Assembly: GCA_013265495.1 (NCBI GenBank)
Contig: MU058065.1
Span: 9,031,819-9,095,818 of the forward strand
Length of the DNA stretch: 64,000 bases
Reading direction: 5' to 3'
Source of the DNA: Vicugna vicugna
Taxonomy: Eukaryota
Position numbers and translations under genes: made by a program. The first letter of the stretch is position 1. Every line of letters starts with the position of its first letter. The notes under the pieces are model-generated. The model did not search any database and was not told the DNA's origin. It saw only the letters and a program-made list of their open reading frames with translations. Positions 13,101 to 24,301 of the stretch are shown here, piece after piece.

Positions 13101-14068
13101 TCACTGGGACTATTCCAAGCAAAGAGCAGAGGTAGGGGAAAGAGATAGCGATTGCTAACCTCGACTTTGTGCCAGCAGGTCTACAAATTCCTCATTCCAA
13201 AGCAAATTCTCAAAATCAAATTCATTTTAAAAAAATGACCCTACCCTCTGTTATACTTTTGAGGATTATAGAACTTTAATCAAAAGAACTTCAGAGATTG
13301 TCTAGTCCAATGGTTTTCAAATCTCTTTTAACCCTGGAACATATTCTTAAAAGAAAATTTCCCACCTGGGTGCCAATCTGTAAAATACATAAAATAGAGC
13401 TGTCTTGATTGAAACAGGGGTAGGGGACCCAGAGCTCCACCCTTCACCAACCCCCAATCCAGAGGTGGCTCCTCTGGTCTCCGGGATCTTCTGGGAACAG
13501 GCTGGGTCTAGTGCAATTTCCTCCCTTTACCCAATGCTACGGCCAAGGAGCCCCTGCACATCCTGATAGGTCACCTCTTCCTGGATAATCTCAGAGTCAA
13601 ACAGCCAAGAGGTACAGCAATTCTAAGGAGGTTTGGATTGGCAACTTTGAGAAACTGTCATGGTATCTTCTAGATCATTCAATTAGTATTCAATCTAAGC
13701 TCTCCCAACCATGAAAACAGAACTGAGGGACCCAGAGTTAGGGCGGGGGCAGACAGCGGTGGGTGGTAGGTAGACATGCACTCCTATAAAAGGGGCAAAC
13801 ATGTGGTGGTCTGAGGTTTCATGGACCTGGAGCCACGGGAGGAACATGCTCAGTGGTCCTTGAAAGGGAATGTTCCCAGCAGAGCACTTGGCAGGTGTGC
13901 AGGGGGGGGGAGGTAAAGATTAGTAGTTTATCCTAGGTCACGTACCACCTTTAGGGCCATTTCCAGACCTGTGTGGACACCTGCTCTTCACAGAGGGGGC
14001 AGCCTGGAGGGCTGATCAGGAAGCCCGTGGTGGGCACCTGCACAGCACACAGCAGTTGGCTCCCACAC

Positions 14069-14201
14069 TTCTCATTTGGTCCTCACAACAACCCTCTGAA
14101 GTGCAGGATAACATGATCCTCATTTTATAGTGAAGGAAACTGGGAGTTAGTGAGGGAAAGTGGCTTGCACAAGGTCAGCTGCCTGTAAGAAGCAGGGCCA
14201 G
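14069..14201 (-). mobile_element. MIR SINE
   Basis: tcctcacaacaaccct...cattttatagtgaaggaaactg...tggcttgcacaaggtca. Confidence 0.75.
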
Positions 14202-14539
14202 AGGCAGTGCTATTTCTACTGCCGCACGATGCACGCAGCAGATACGGGAGAAGCCAATGTTTTCTCAGGAAGCATTATTTAAAATCCCTTCTGAACTTTT
14301 TAAGGATTCTGGTAGCTGTGTGATTTCTCAGCAGCTGGGTAAAGTGAGGACAAAAAACAGCAGTGGCTAGAGCACAGAGGAAAGGATGAGGTGCTACTTG
14401 CAAACCCACAAAGATCTCTCTTATAGGAAGAGATCTTCCCAGCAAATTGAGGGGCTGTGATGAGATAAGGGGACAGAAGGAGGTCAAAGAGCAGTGTCAA
14501 GCAGGGAGGCCCCTCCCAGGGAAGGTTTTGTGATCTCAG

Positions 14540-14730
14540 AGGCAGCACAGCATAGTGGCCAAGAGCCAGACTGCTATGGTTAGAATCCTGGCCCGACCAC
14601 TCCGTGCCTCAGTTTCCCTAACTGAAATAAGTATGACACTAACGGTATCTACTTCATAGCATTGTTGTAAGTTTCCTAAATCAATGTCAGTGAAGCTGCT
14701 AGACTGTGTCTGATACATAGCAAATGCCAC
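14540..14730 (+). mobile_element. MIR SINE
   Basis: gcatagtggccaagagccagactgc...gtgcctcagtttcc...tacttcatagcattgttgtaag. Confidence 0.7.
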
Positions 14731-14908
14731 ATGGGGATTTGTTAAAGTCCCTATCAGGCTGTAAACTCCTGCTGCAGGTGCTCACAGATAAGCGATAAGC
14801 AATAGCTATGATTTGAAATTCTAAAATGAGGTTACAAACATCCTAGCTCTCTGCTTTCCTGAAATTTTGGTTATTGTAATCCCTGATCCCATGACTTGAT
14901 GTGCCCGA

Positions 14909-15003
14909 TTTTTTTTTTCCTTTGACAGAGGCACTGGAGACTGAACCCAAGACCTTGTGCATGCCAAGCACACACTCTACCACTGAGCTATGCCTCCCAC
15001 CCC
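14909..15003 (-). mobile_element. tRNA-derived SINE (Vic-1-like), reverse copy
   Basis: poly-T...gaacccaagaccttgtgcatgccaagcacacactctaccactgagcta; reverse complement of the family seen at 512. Confidence 0.85.
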
Positions 15004-17027
15004 TATGAGTCCCACTTTATCACCAGATTTTCCCCTACTCTTTCCTGACTTTCTTTTCATCACTCTTACTGCCTGGCCAAGCCCCTGATTCCCCGGGCTC
15101 ATCTTTCTGAGCCCACTTCATACACTATGTGACTTTTCAATTGTTCTTGTAGCACATAAAACAGTGTTCAAGTCTGTCATACTGAAATTCCGTCAACAGG
15201 GGGAGCTCAAAGAATAGCTTAAAATAAAATTATCCAAATTCAGCAAACTTGGACCAAAAAAAAAGGAATAAAATCATTCTGATACAACTGTATGATTTTG
15301 TTATTAATCAGGAAGAGGGAGGAAGTAAATTCAGAGTAAGATAAGTAGGCAGTGTTAATGAGCCTTTTTTTATAGTGGAAGATGAATTATTCTGTCTCTA
15401 GAGAAAGCCAAGTAAAGATTTTGATTTTATATTCATTCACAAAGATGGACAATGTCCTGAAGAGTTAAGCTATTTAGATTTATTCTCATTCCACTTGTTT
15501 TACTGAAGAAAAGATTAGAAGCACTGTGCTTCGTCTATTCAGACTTAGTAAATATTTGTCAGGGAGGTTATGCTGCATCAAACGCTATTTGCAACTCTGG
15601 CCAAAATTCCAGGGAGATTTGGAAAGTGGGCTTTTATCTGTAATGGGCTAATGTTTCAATTAGGAAGTTTGAGAAACTTCTATGGATTTCCACAAGGTGG
15701 GAAGAATGATTCCTACTTGTTTGGTTTACAAGGATACCCTTAAACTCAAAAGCTTTTTTCCTGTGATATCTCAGCTGAGAGACCCTGAGCCAAGGTTCTA
15801 CCATGGAGGAAAGCTTAGCTCTTCCTCGCTGGGGCTGTGATATTGGGCAAAAAGATCTTTAAGATACGATTAAGGGAATGAAAAATTCTCGGAAGGGAAA
15901 ATGTAGAGCATGAAACCTGTAATGATGAATCTTCGTGGATTCGTGGGATGGGCTAGATTGACTATAGTTGCATGCCGGATTTATAATGTGCTTTTTTTCT
16001 TCCAAACAATTCAAAGAGATTTCTCATAGGGCTGTGACTATAAAGCCAAGAGATTGGATCCATACCAGTCACACCAGAAATAAGCCTCATTGCTCTAGAA
16101 TGGCCTCGTGGAGGTGGTCTGACATACACAGTTTCTCTGAGCAGGGAGCATTGGGCATTACTACTCGGATCTCTGAGACTGAAAAAACGCAGTACTTCTC
16201 CATCAGAACATTTGTCAAGGATCATAATTTCAGTCACTGTCAGAATGGACTTAAACTCAGGTTTTCTAAGTCCAAATGTGTAGGGCACAGACATGCCCTA
16301 GGATCTAGGCCAACTAAATAGATAATTTCCAAAGCCACTTCCAATCCAGGATTCGATCACTCTATCATGTATCGACTCAAACACTTGGGCTGCATCAGTT
16401 TATTCTTTTAATCAATTCATCCAGCAAAATGCCAACCTTAGATAGAAGAGGTATCAATTGATATCATCGTAAAGTATTAGAATTATTTTTCACCTGTGTT
16501 TTTCACATACCATGTCATGATGTTCAAGACTTACCTCTTATCTGTGGACAATGAATGATTTTTAAGATAGTCTATAGTAATATAGGACTGACTAAAGAAA
16601 TGACAGCACACTTACAAAATGCAATACAATGCAACCACTTTAAATCATGTTCTCCAAGAGTATGTAAGGTTATAAAAAGCTGTTCACATCACATCCCTAT
16701 GTGATAAAAAAGCAGGTTTTAAGACAATGTGTATACATATGTATACATACATAAATATACTTTTAAAGCAATATATACATAGATTGAATTCTAGAATGAT
16801 GTGAACAAAAACATTAATAATCATTTTCTTAGAAAGGTGTTATACACAAACTCGATTTTCTTCTTTTTAAAACAAAATTCCTGCAATTATCAAACCTTCC
16901 ATTTGTGATCAGAGAAACATGAATTTGACTTTATAAAAAATATAAAGGGCAATTGAAGAGCTTCGTAAAAAGAAGATACTATAAGATTATTTCCTAGAAA
17001 AGTTCCTTTGGAGAAAACATTTCCTAC

Positions 17028-17075
17028 CTCATTTCCTTTGTTTCCAGTACTAGACGACTTCATTTCCTTTGGTTG
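17028..17075 (-). CDS. STAT4: STAT4 exon 14 (48 bp): QPKEMKSSSTGNKGNE
   Basis: Acceptor cctttcgcaaag|CAA, donor GAG|gtagga; overlaps ORF 16890..17093. Confidence 0.95.
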
Positions 17076-17491
17076 CTTTGCGAAAGGAAACAAGAGTGTT
17101 TAGATAGAGAAGCATTAGCAACTAAATATCAAGTTAGGTGTACCTATTATAGGAGCTTTCTTGGCCACAATTTTGACTTCTAGAACAGTAGCTCAGATGT
17201 CTACTAATTCATCGAAACCTCACACGGCTGCCCAGATTTGACAGAAAGGAGCTTCCTGTTTCACCTCATGGGATGTCATTTTAGAAACTTTCATTGAGAT
17301 AAGGGAGCAGGTTGGCATAAGACTGTTTTTCAGCCACATTTCGGAAAGCGGAAATCTTATTGAGAAGTTTCAGAATCTATTCAGCACGCTGTTGTACCCG
17401 AAAAGCATCATCTGAGCTAAGCTGTGATGATTCCCATGCTTACGAAATCACATCTACCACACAGGCCTGGGGAAATAAACAATGGGGCAGG

Positions 17492-17506
17492 GTGCCACCT
17501 AGTGCA
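17492..17506 (-). promoter_or_regulatory. CTCF core motif candidate (reverse)
   Basis: Minus strand reads TGCACTAGGTGGCAC, one mismatch to CCASYAGRKGGCRS. Confidence 0.45.
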
Positions 17507-18867
17507 GTGAGCTACTAAATGCCACGCGATTGGGAGGCACAGAGGTGTTCATGGCACAGATTGCATAACGGGAAAAACAAGGCAGAAAACAAATCAGTAT
17601 GTGCAATCTGATCCCACTTAAAGAATATATATATATATAAAAAAACGAAGACATACAAATAAGGATGTCAATAGTGTTATGTCAAGGTGTTGGGATCAAA
17701 GGTGATTTTTACTTTTTAAAATTTTGCTTCTCTGATATTCTATATTGACTTTTGTATTAAAAAGTGATTAAAAGTATTATGTAAAAGATAATATATGTAA
17801 AGAATGCTTTGCAACTAAAGAAGTACCACGAAAACTAAGGTTTTGTTATTTTATATATTATACTTGCTGGAATAGAGGCCTAACCACCTTTTTGTATGTT
17901 CCTTGTCCTTCCAAGTGACTCTTCTGGTAGACAGATGTCTCTAAATAAAGGGCCACTTAGTGCTTTACTTATGAACAAACATTGACCATTATTGAAAGTT
18001 ACCTGGAGATGGGAATTGAGCTTAAGCAAAAAGAGTGCTAGTTATAAGGATGTATAATATATGACTCCTCATTCTATTTTATTTATTTAGCAGTCTCATT
18101 CAGAGGGATTCAGTCAAAAAGAAATGTACTCTTCAATACAGAAGACCAAACGAAAAAAGTAAAAAATGAAAACCAGCATAAATTTATACATATGGATATC
18201 TTTCTGTTAACATAAAGTTTGTCTTTTAGAAAGTAGACCTTTTGAGGCTGATTCAGTGGTGCCCCAGCCGATGGGTGACATGTTTTTTGGCAAGATAAGC
18301 AGTGGGGGTCTCTGGGAATCTAAGAACTATGCAAAGAATTAGAAAGAAGGCAGGAAGAGAACTCTAGGTTAAGAGGAAGTGGTAAAAACAAGAAGCAACA
18401 GGATGAGGCGGGGTCAGCTTTCTAGAAATGTCAAGGCCAACTGCGTGCAACTCTCACACCCAGGAACATGCTATTCCCCAAGCTTAATCCTCCTAAAATG
18501 AAAGGGCCTTTAGCTAGACATGTCAGTACTGGATGTCACTTGGGTAGATTTAAAAAATGAAACCGGGAATGCCTAGCCATTCACTATAAGGAAGATTGAT
18601 TTGTCTGTCATTATCATCACAGTATTTTGACCATTTATGACATATATGTAGGAATGACATCACCATTGAGTTAAGGTTCATTGTTTTGTTTTTTTTTTTA
18701 CCATTTTAAATTCTTCAATGATGGCATGTTTTATTTCTTAATTTGGCCCATAATTTACATAAGAAACACTAAAGAACAAAAATCATTACATTATAAGGCC
18801 TATTAGATTAGATGTGCCTGACTGGGGGGTGGGGGGAAAGCTTGTACAATTTTACTGCCAAACTCAC

Positions 18868-18961
18868 CAAGTGTCGGAATTCTACCGAGAGACTCCCATT
18901 GGAAGATTCTTCAATGGACATGGCTTTGACGTGAGTTCCACAAAGCACAAATCTTCGATTG
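18868..18961 (-). CDS. STAT4: STAT4 exon 13 (94 bp): (S)[31 protein letters not shown]
   Basis: Acceptor tctctctag|C, donor TTG|gtgagt. Confidence 0.97.
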
Positions 18962-19048
18962 CTAGAGAGAAAATCTTAGCTATTTATGTGGTCCCAGGTA
19001 AAATATATTTATGAGAACAGCAAGAAATTTCTAAAGTAAATGTCTTAC

Positions 19049-19066
19049 CTTAGAGTTGAAACATTC
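19049..19066 (-). CDS. STAT4: STAT4 exon 12, 18-bp microexon: (K)NVSTL(S)
   Basis: tttacag|GAATGTTTCAACTCTAAG|gtaaga; supplies the residues missing between exons 11 and 13. Confidence 0.93.
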
Positions 19067-19368
19067 CTGTAAAATCAAGAAGATTCTTTAAAATGTGTTC
19101 TTTAATAGATCTAATAAAAACTTTCCTATGATACTTTAGAAGATAGTATATAAAATTTCATTTCAAGTCTTTATAGTAAAATTTTTAAAGTGAGACTTCA
19201 TTGGAATTCTGTTAAATGTTTGAACTTCAAAGTCAAATATTTGAAGTACTGTGATATGTAATGTTAGAGAAGTAAACTGAAAAGTTTAAAATTATTCTAT
19301 AAAATAAGGACAATTGTTTTTAAAAAGCCTTACATTTTTCATGTTTCAGAATGAAATTAGAAACTTAC

Positions 19369-19428
19369 TTGTCAATTGATGCTTTCACCTTTACCTGATA
19401 GTTTAGTTCTGGTAATTTTATTAGTAGT
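19369..19428 (-). CDS. STAT4: STAT4 exon 11 (60 bp): (R)LLIKLPELNYQVKVKASID(K)
   Basis: Acceptor tctttccag|A, donor AA|gtaagt. Confidence 0.96.
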
Positions 19429-20134
19429 CTGGAAAGACACATAAATAAGGAATTAAAGATAATAATTTACATGACAGCCTTTTTATATTTTAAAAGTTAA
19501 ATATATTTATGGCAAATACATATAAATCAAAATTACATCATCTCCTATTATATGTTAATGTGTTTTAAAAATGTCCAATTCCTGTATAGTTTGCCATGTT
19601 ACTAATATTGACATCAACTACTTGGTATCACACATATTTGGGAAGTGTTTCCATATTGCTTCAGTTGATTCATGTTGGATAATATATTGGCTAGGTTAGA
19701 AAAATAGCTATATATTTTGGCTAAAGTTGAAATTTGGATTAAATGTATAAATATAAGAAAAAATTTTTGCAAGTCGATTAATGTGTTTCTATTGTATTCT
19801 CATATTATAAAAAATAGAAAAATATTGTAAGCTTGGTAAAACTGAATGTTTTGATGATAATTGTTTTATGGTAAAATACTGAGAAAGACTAGGACTCTGG
19901 TAGAAGGTGGGAAATTCCACTTTAAATGCATTTGCAGTCTTTAAAGACATTTAAGTAACAGCAAAAATGTTCATAACTAAAAAAGATTTAACTTCAAACA
20001 AACAAGTGATTAAAGGTCAGAATAACAATTCCTTTAATTCCTTCTTCTGGTATCGGCCTTCCTTTACTCCTTAGCATTTCCCAACTCTTCTGCGCTGCAC
20101 CCTCTCTGTAGGTACAGTTGGGTTTCAGAGATAT

Positions 20135-20400
20135 TCATTCAATCACTCACCTACTCATTCATTTACTTATGTACTCATCCCAAACCTGGTTCATTCACTC
20201 AGCATGTATTGAGCTCCTCATATAAACCCAGTACAGCCCTGGGCGCTGGGAAACTGGCGTAGTGAAGATTAGGGGAGGGAGAAGCTTGAACAGGGCTCTA
20301 CATAAAAGGAAGAAGTCCAGCCATACAGTTGGAATATAGAGAATGGTGATAAGCAACTGATTGGCATTAGAGAAATACAATCATAGATAATAAATAGCCT
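20135..20400 (-). mobile_element. L2 LINE 3' end
   Basis: (TTCA)-rich tail, gcatgtattgagctcct...gccctgggcgctggg. Confidence 0.55.
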
Positions 20401-20690
20401 AAACAAAACAAAAAGAAGGCAACAAAGTTTTCTTAAAAATTCACTCAGGACTGGTTTCAGGGCTCAGGGCATGGGTGTATCTGTTGGTAGTCGGGGTGAA
20501 GAGGTCATATGAAGTAAGGCCAGATGGTTTCCCTCTCTGCTTTCCTGTCTGTCCCACTTCAGGAAGGATCTGATTCACTGTAAGATGCTGATGACAAAAG
20601 GGAGTTCCATGTCACCCTCTCCCCTTGAAACAGGAGGATGGAGTGCTATGGCAGAGAGGAGTTTTAGGGAAAATCTTGAATACAGTTTTT

Positions 20691-21680
20691 TTTTCAATTG
20701 TAGTATAGTCAGTGTACAATGTTGTGTCAATTCCTGGTATACAGCATAATGTTTCAGTCATACATATATATACACATATATTTGTTTTCATATTCTTTTT
20801 CATTATAGGTTACTACAAGATATTGAATATAGTTCCCTGTGATATACAGTATGAACTTACTGTTTACCTATTTTATATATATTAGTTAGTATCTGCATAT
20901 CCCTAACTCCCAATTTATCCCTTCCTGCCCCCTTTCCTCCCTGGTAACCAAGTTTGTTTTTTATGTCTGTGAGTCTGTTTCTGTTTTGTAAATACTTTCA
21001 TTTGTCTCATTTTTTTTTGATTCCACATATGAGTGATATCATACAGTATTTTTCTTTCTCTTCCTGGCTTACTTAGAATGACAATCTCCAGGTCTACTCA
21101 TGTTGCTGCAAATGACATTTATTCCTTTTTATGGCTGAGTAGTATTCCATTATATAATGGAATATGTATATATCACAACTTCTCTATCCAGTCATCTGTC
21201 GATGGATATTTAGGTTGTTTCCATGTCTTGGCTATTGTAAATATAGCTCTGTGAACATTGGGGTGCATATATCTTTCCAAATTAGAGTTTCCTCTGGATA
21301 TATGCCCAGCAGGGGGATTGCTGGATCACAGGGTAAATCTATTTTTAGTTTTTTGAGGAATCACCATAGTGTTTTCCATAATAGCTGCACCAAACTACAT
21401 TCCCACCAACAGTGTAGGAAGATTCCCTTTTCTCCACACCCTCTCCAGCATTTATTGTTTGTGGACTTATGATTGATGGCCATTCTGACAGGCGTGAGGT
21501 GATACCTCACTGTAGTTTTGATTTTCACTTCTCTGATAATTAGCAATATTGAGCATCTTTTCACGTGCCTACTGGCTGTCTGTATGTCTTCATTGGAGAA
21601 TTGCTTATTTAGGTCTTCTGCTCATTTTTGGATTGGGTTGTTTGTTATTGTCACTAAGTTGCATGAGCTGTTTATATTTT
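20691..21680 (-). mobile_element. Lineage-specific L1, 5'-truncated (ORF2 C-terminus + 3' UTR)
   Basis: ORF 21361..21564 gives [10 protein letters not shown]...[17 protein letters not shown] (L1 ORF2 Cys-rich domain); poly-T and agtatagtcagtgtacaatgttgtgtcaatt tail. Confidence 0.95.
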
Positions 21681-22872
21681 CTGACTGAATACCAAGTAAA
21701 GGATCATCTATCAAGACAGCGGGGAACAAGGTACAGAGAAGACGAATGGAGACCCAATAGTTAGGTGGAAGAGGAGGGCAGAACACACAGGCCAGGGACT
21801 GATGGTCTATGCCTCTGGCAATCAGTTCAAACAACATGCCAGGTAGTGCCCATTCAGGGATCTCTTCCACTCAGAACTTACACAGTGTTGTATGTTAATT
21901 ACATCTCATTAAAATGAAACTATACTAAAAATGCAGTTCCAACAGTGATCTGTGATCAGGGATGTTGCCATGGGATCCTAATTCCCATGTATACCAGGAA
22001 TTGACACAACATTGTAAACTGACTATCACTGTCTATCATCCATCATCACTTCTTGTACTAGTCTGGAATTTCAGCTTTACAGAGGTGAATTCTAGTGAAA
22101 AGGAATTTAAAGCTTCGGGGCCTCAGAGATTGAGGCATGATGAAACTCTTTGAACATTTGATGTCAAACTCATTATTTTAAGTGTCATTAGGGAAAGCTA
22201 TGTGTTTTGGTTTGCTCACGCTAATGGAAAGGATCAGATACACAGATAAAGCAGCAACATAATCATTTTTTTAAAAATCAGGTGCATAGTAAGAATATGC
22301 TGGAAATCATAGTGTTGAGAATTTTCACAGAAAATCCAATAAGCTAGCTGTAATCACAGGCGAAGAATGTGCCAATATATTTCCTAAATAGGATATTCAA
22401 ACCCTTCCATAGTCTGTCCCCAGTCTATCTACTCACTTCTCTCTCCCTGCTCATGGTGCTTACAAAGCAGATGCAGGAAGTCATCATTCTGTAGCCTTAC
22501 TCTCCTACACTCCACTCTCCTTCCCCTCTGCTTGTTCCTCAAGGTCCTCCTCACCCTGATCACAAGGCATCCTCCAGTCTCCCCAGTCTCCTTGCTAGTC
22601 AGTCTCTTGAGCAGTTAATTCCATGTTGCCTGATACTGTGACTTCACACTTCCATGCTAATAACTGTCATATCCTCGATTCACTGTCATACTCTTTACAA
22701 GCAGGGCTCTCCCATTACCATTTCTGTGGGCATTTGCCATAGCTTAGTGCTAGGCATACAGGAGGCACTCAATGAAGACTAGCTGAATGAAAGGCAGAGC
22801 GAGAGAAATTAGCTTCAATTACGCAGTGGCTGGGGCACCGTAAATGTGAAATGACAGAATACATTCTGCCTA

Positions 22873-23091
<219 letters not shown>

Positions 23092-23652
23092 TCAAACCCC
23101 CATTAAGCTCAAATCTTTCCAAGATTTCCCATAAATAATTACCGGGAGATGGGAACAACCTAAAGATTGTCCCTAAGTGACAACAGTAAATTCTGGTTAT
23201 ACTTGAGTGAAGAATAAAAGCCCCAGCCTATTTTTATCATAGAAAGTTAACTTCATGCCATTTTTGAGCTAGATACTAGGATTTCTTGTACATACTAGTA
23301 TTTTTTTTGTCTTTAGATGAGCTTATAAACATAAATATGTTCTCCACCCTTCATTTCTTGGATATGTACTTTAAAAGAAATCCTTGGAACTTTCTTTTTT
23401 AAAATATGAAAAATGAACTTTGGGTGGGTGATGTGCTTGGCTCATGAAAAACGGAGTTAGCTGGTGGGAGAAGCGTTGAAGGGTGGAAATGTTGCTGGCA
23501 CTCTCTGGAGCTTTATTCACTTCACCGTGAGGCTCACTAACACTTCCCAAACCCCTTCTTCGCCTTAACACCAAAACCCAAGCCACGTGTCCTTCTGACT
23601 CCGCAGGACTGAGGCTGCTGTGAGGCACTTAAATGGAAAACACTTGACTTAC

Positions 23653-23811
23653 TTCTTAAAGAGGTTGTAGATCAGGAAGGTGACTCTTTCCAGCAGATGT
23701 GCTCTTTGCAGTGGGATGGGATCACCTTCATACGTCATTTTGGTAGATTGCTCCTCTAGTTTCTCCAACTGCCTTCTGAGTTGGAACAGACTTTCTGCCA
23801 GCAGTGTAAAG
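23653..23811 (-). CDS. STAT4: STAT4 exon 9 (159 bp): (C)FTLLAESLFQLRRQLEKLEEQSTKMTYEGDPIPLQRAHLLERVTFLIYNLFK(N)
   Basis: Acceptor gttcaatag|C, donor AA|gtaagt; coiled-coil domain. Confidence 0.97.
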
Positions 23812-24244
23812 CTATTGAACAGCAAATGAAAATGGAAGATAGTTTTTCACCTAACAGATTACCATTTTCACTGTTAACCATATTAAGCAAATACTAAATT
23901 ATTAAATAATTATTAAATTAACTAAATTAATCACTTAATTCCATTCAAGGTTAGGGACAGTTTTTTGTTTATTTCCTTAATCCAGTTTTTCTCTAAAATG
24001 CATGGAATATGTTAACGTTTTCAGATTTTTACTTTCAGTTATAGACAAGAAATCGTTTAGGAAATTTTGTCAACATCTAGAACCAAATCCCTTTTAATTG
24101 TCCTTTGTTTAAAAGTCTGTTAAACACATATATTTTTACAATATGGCACTCACTAAGGGGGAAAGAAAGAGCAAATTTAAAACTTTAAAAATACATGATA
24201 TAAAGAAAGTTATGTGTAAGAATACCAAAGAAAAAACAATATGA

Positions 24245-24245
<1 letters not shown>

Positions 24246-24282
<37 letters not shown>

Positions 24283-24301
24283 TACATATATTTTTTTTTT
24301 T
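24246..24301. repeat. (AT)n microsatellite containing a 34-bp perfect palindrome, followed by poly-T
   Basis: Read directly from the sequence. Confidence 0.9.

Noticed and set aside
13987..14004. Third CTCF motif (CACAGAGGGGGCAG)
   Set aside because: Only the 3' half matches; the CCASY part is missing.
15962..16321. Overlapping ORFs on both strands (110 and 117 aa)
   Set aside because: No recognisable homology or splice structure; partly MIR-like sequence.
16730..16747. 18-bp palindrome TGTATACATATGTATACA
   Set aside because: Low-complexity TA/CA tract within old L1-like sequence; common by chance.
21033..21764. Overlapping + strand ORFs
   Set aside because: Antisense frames of the L1 at 20691-21680.
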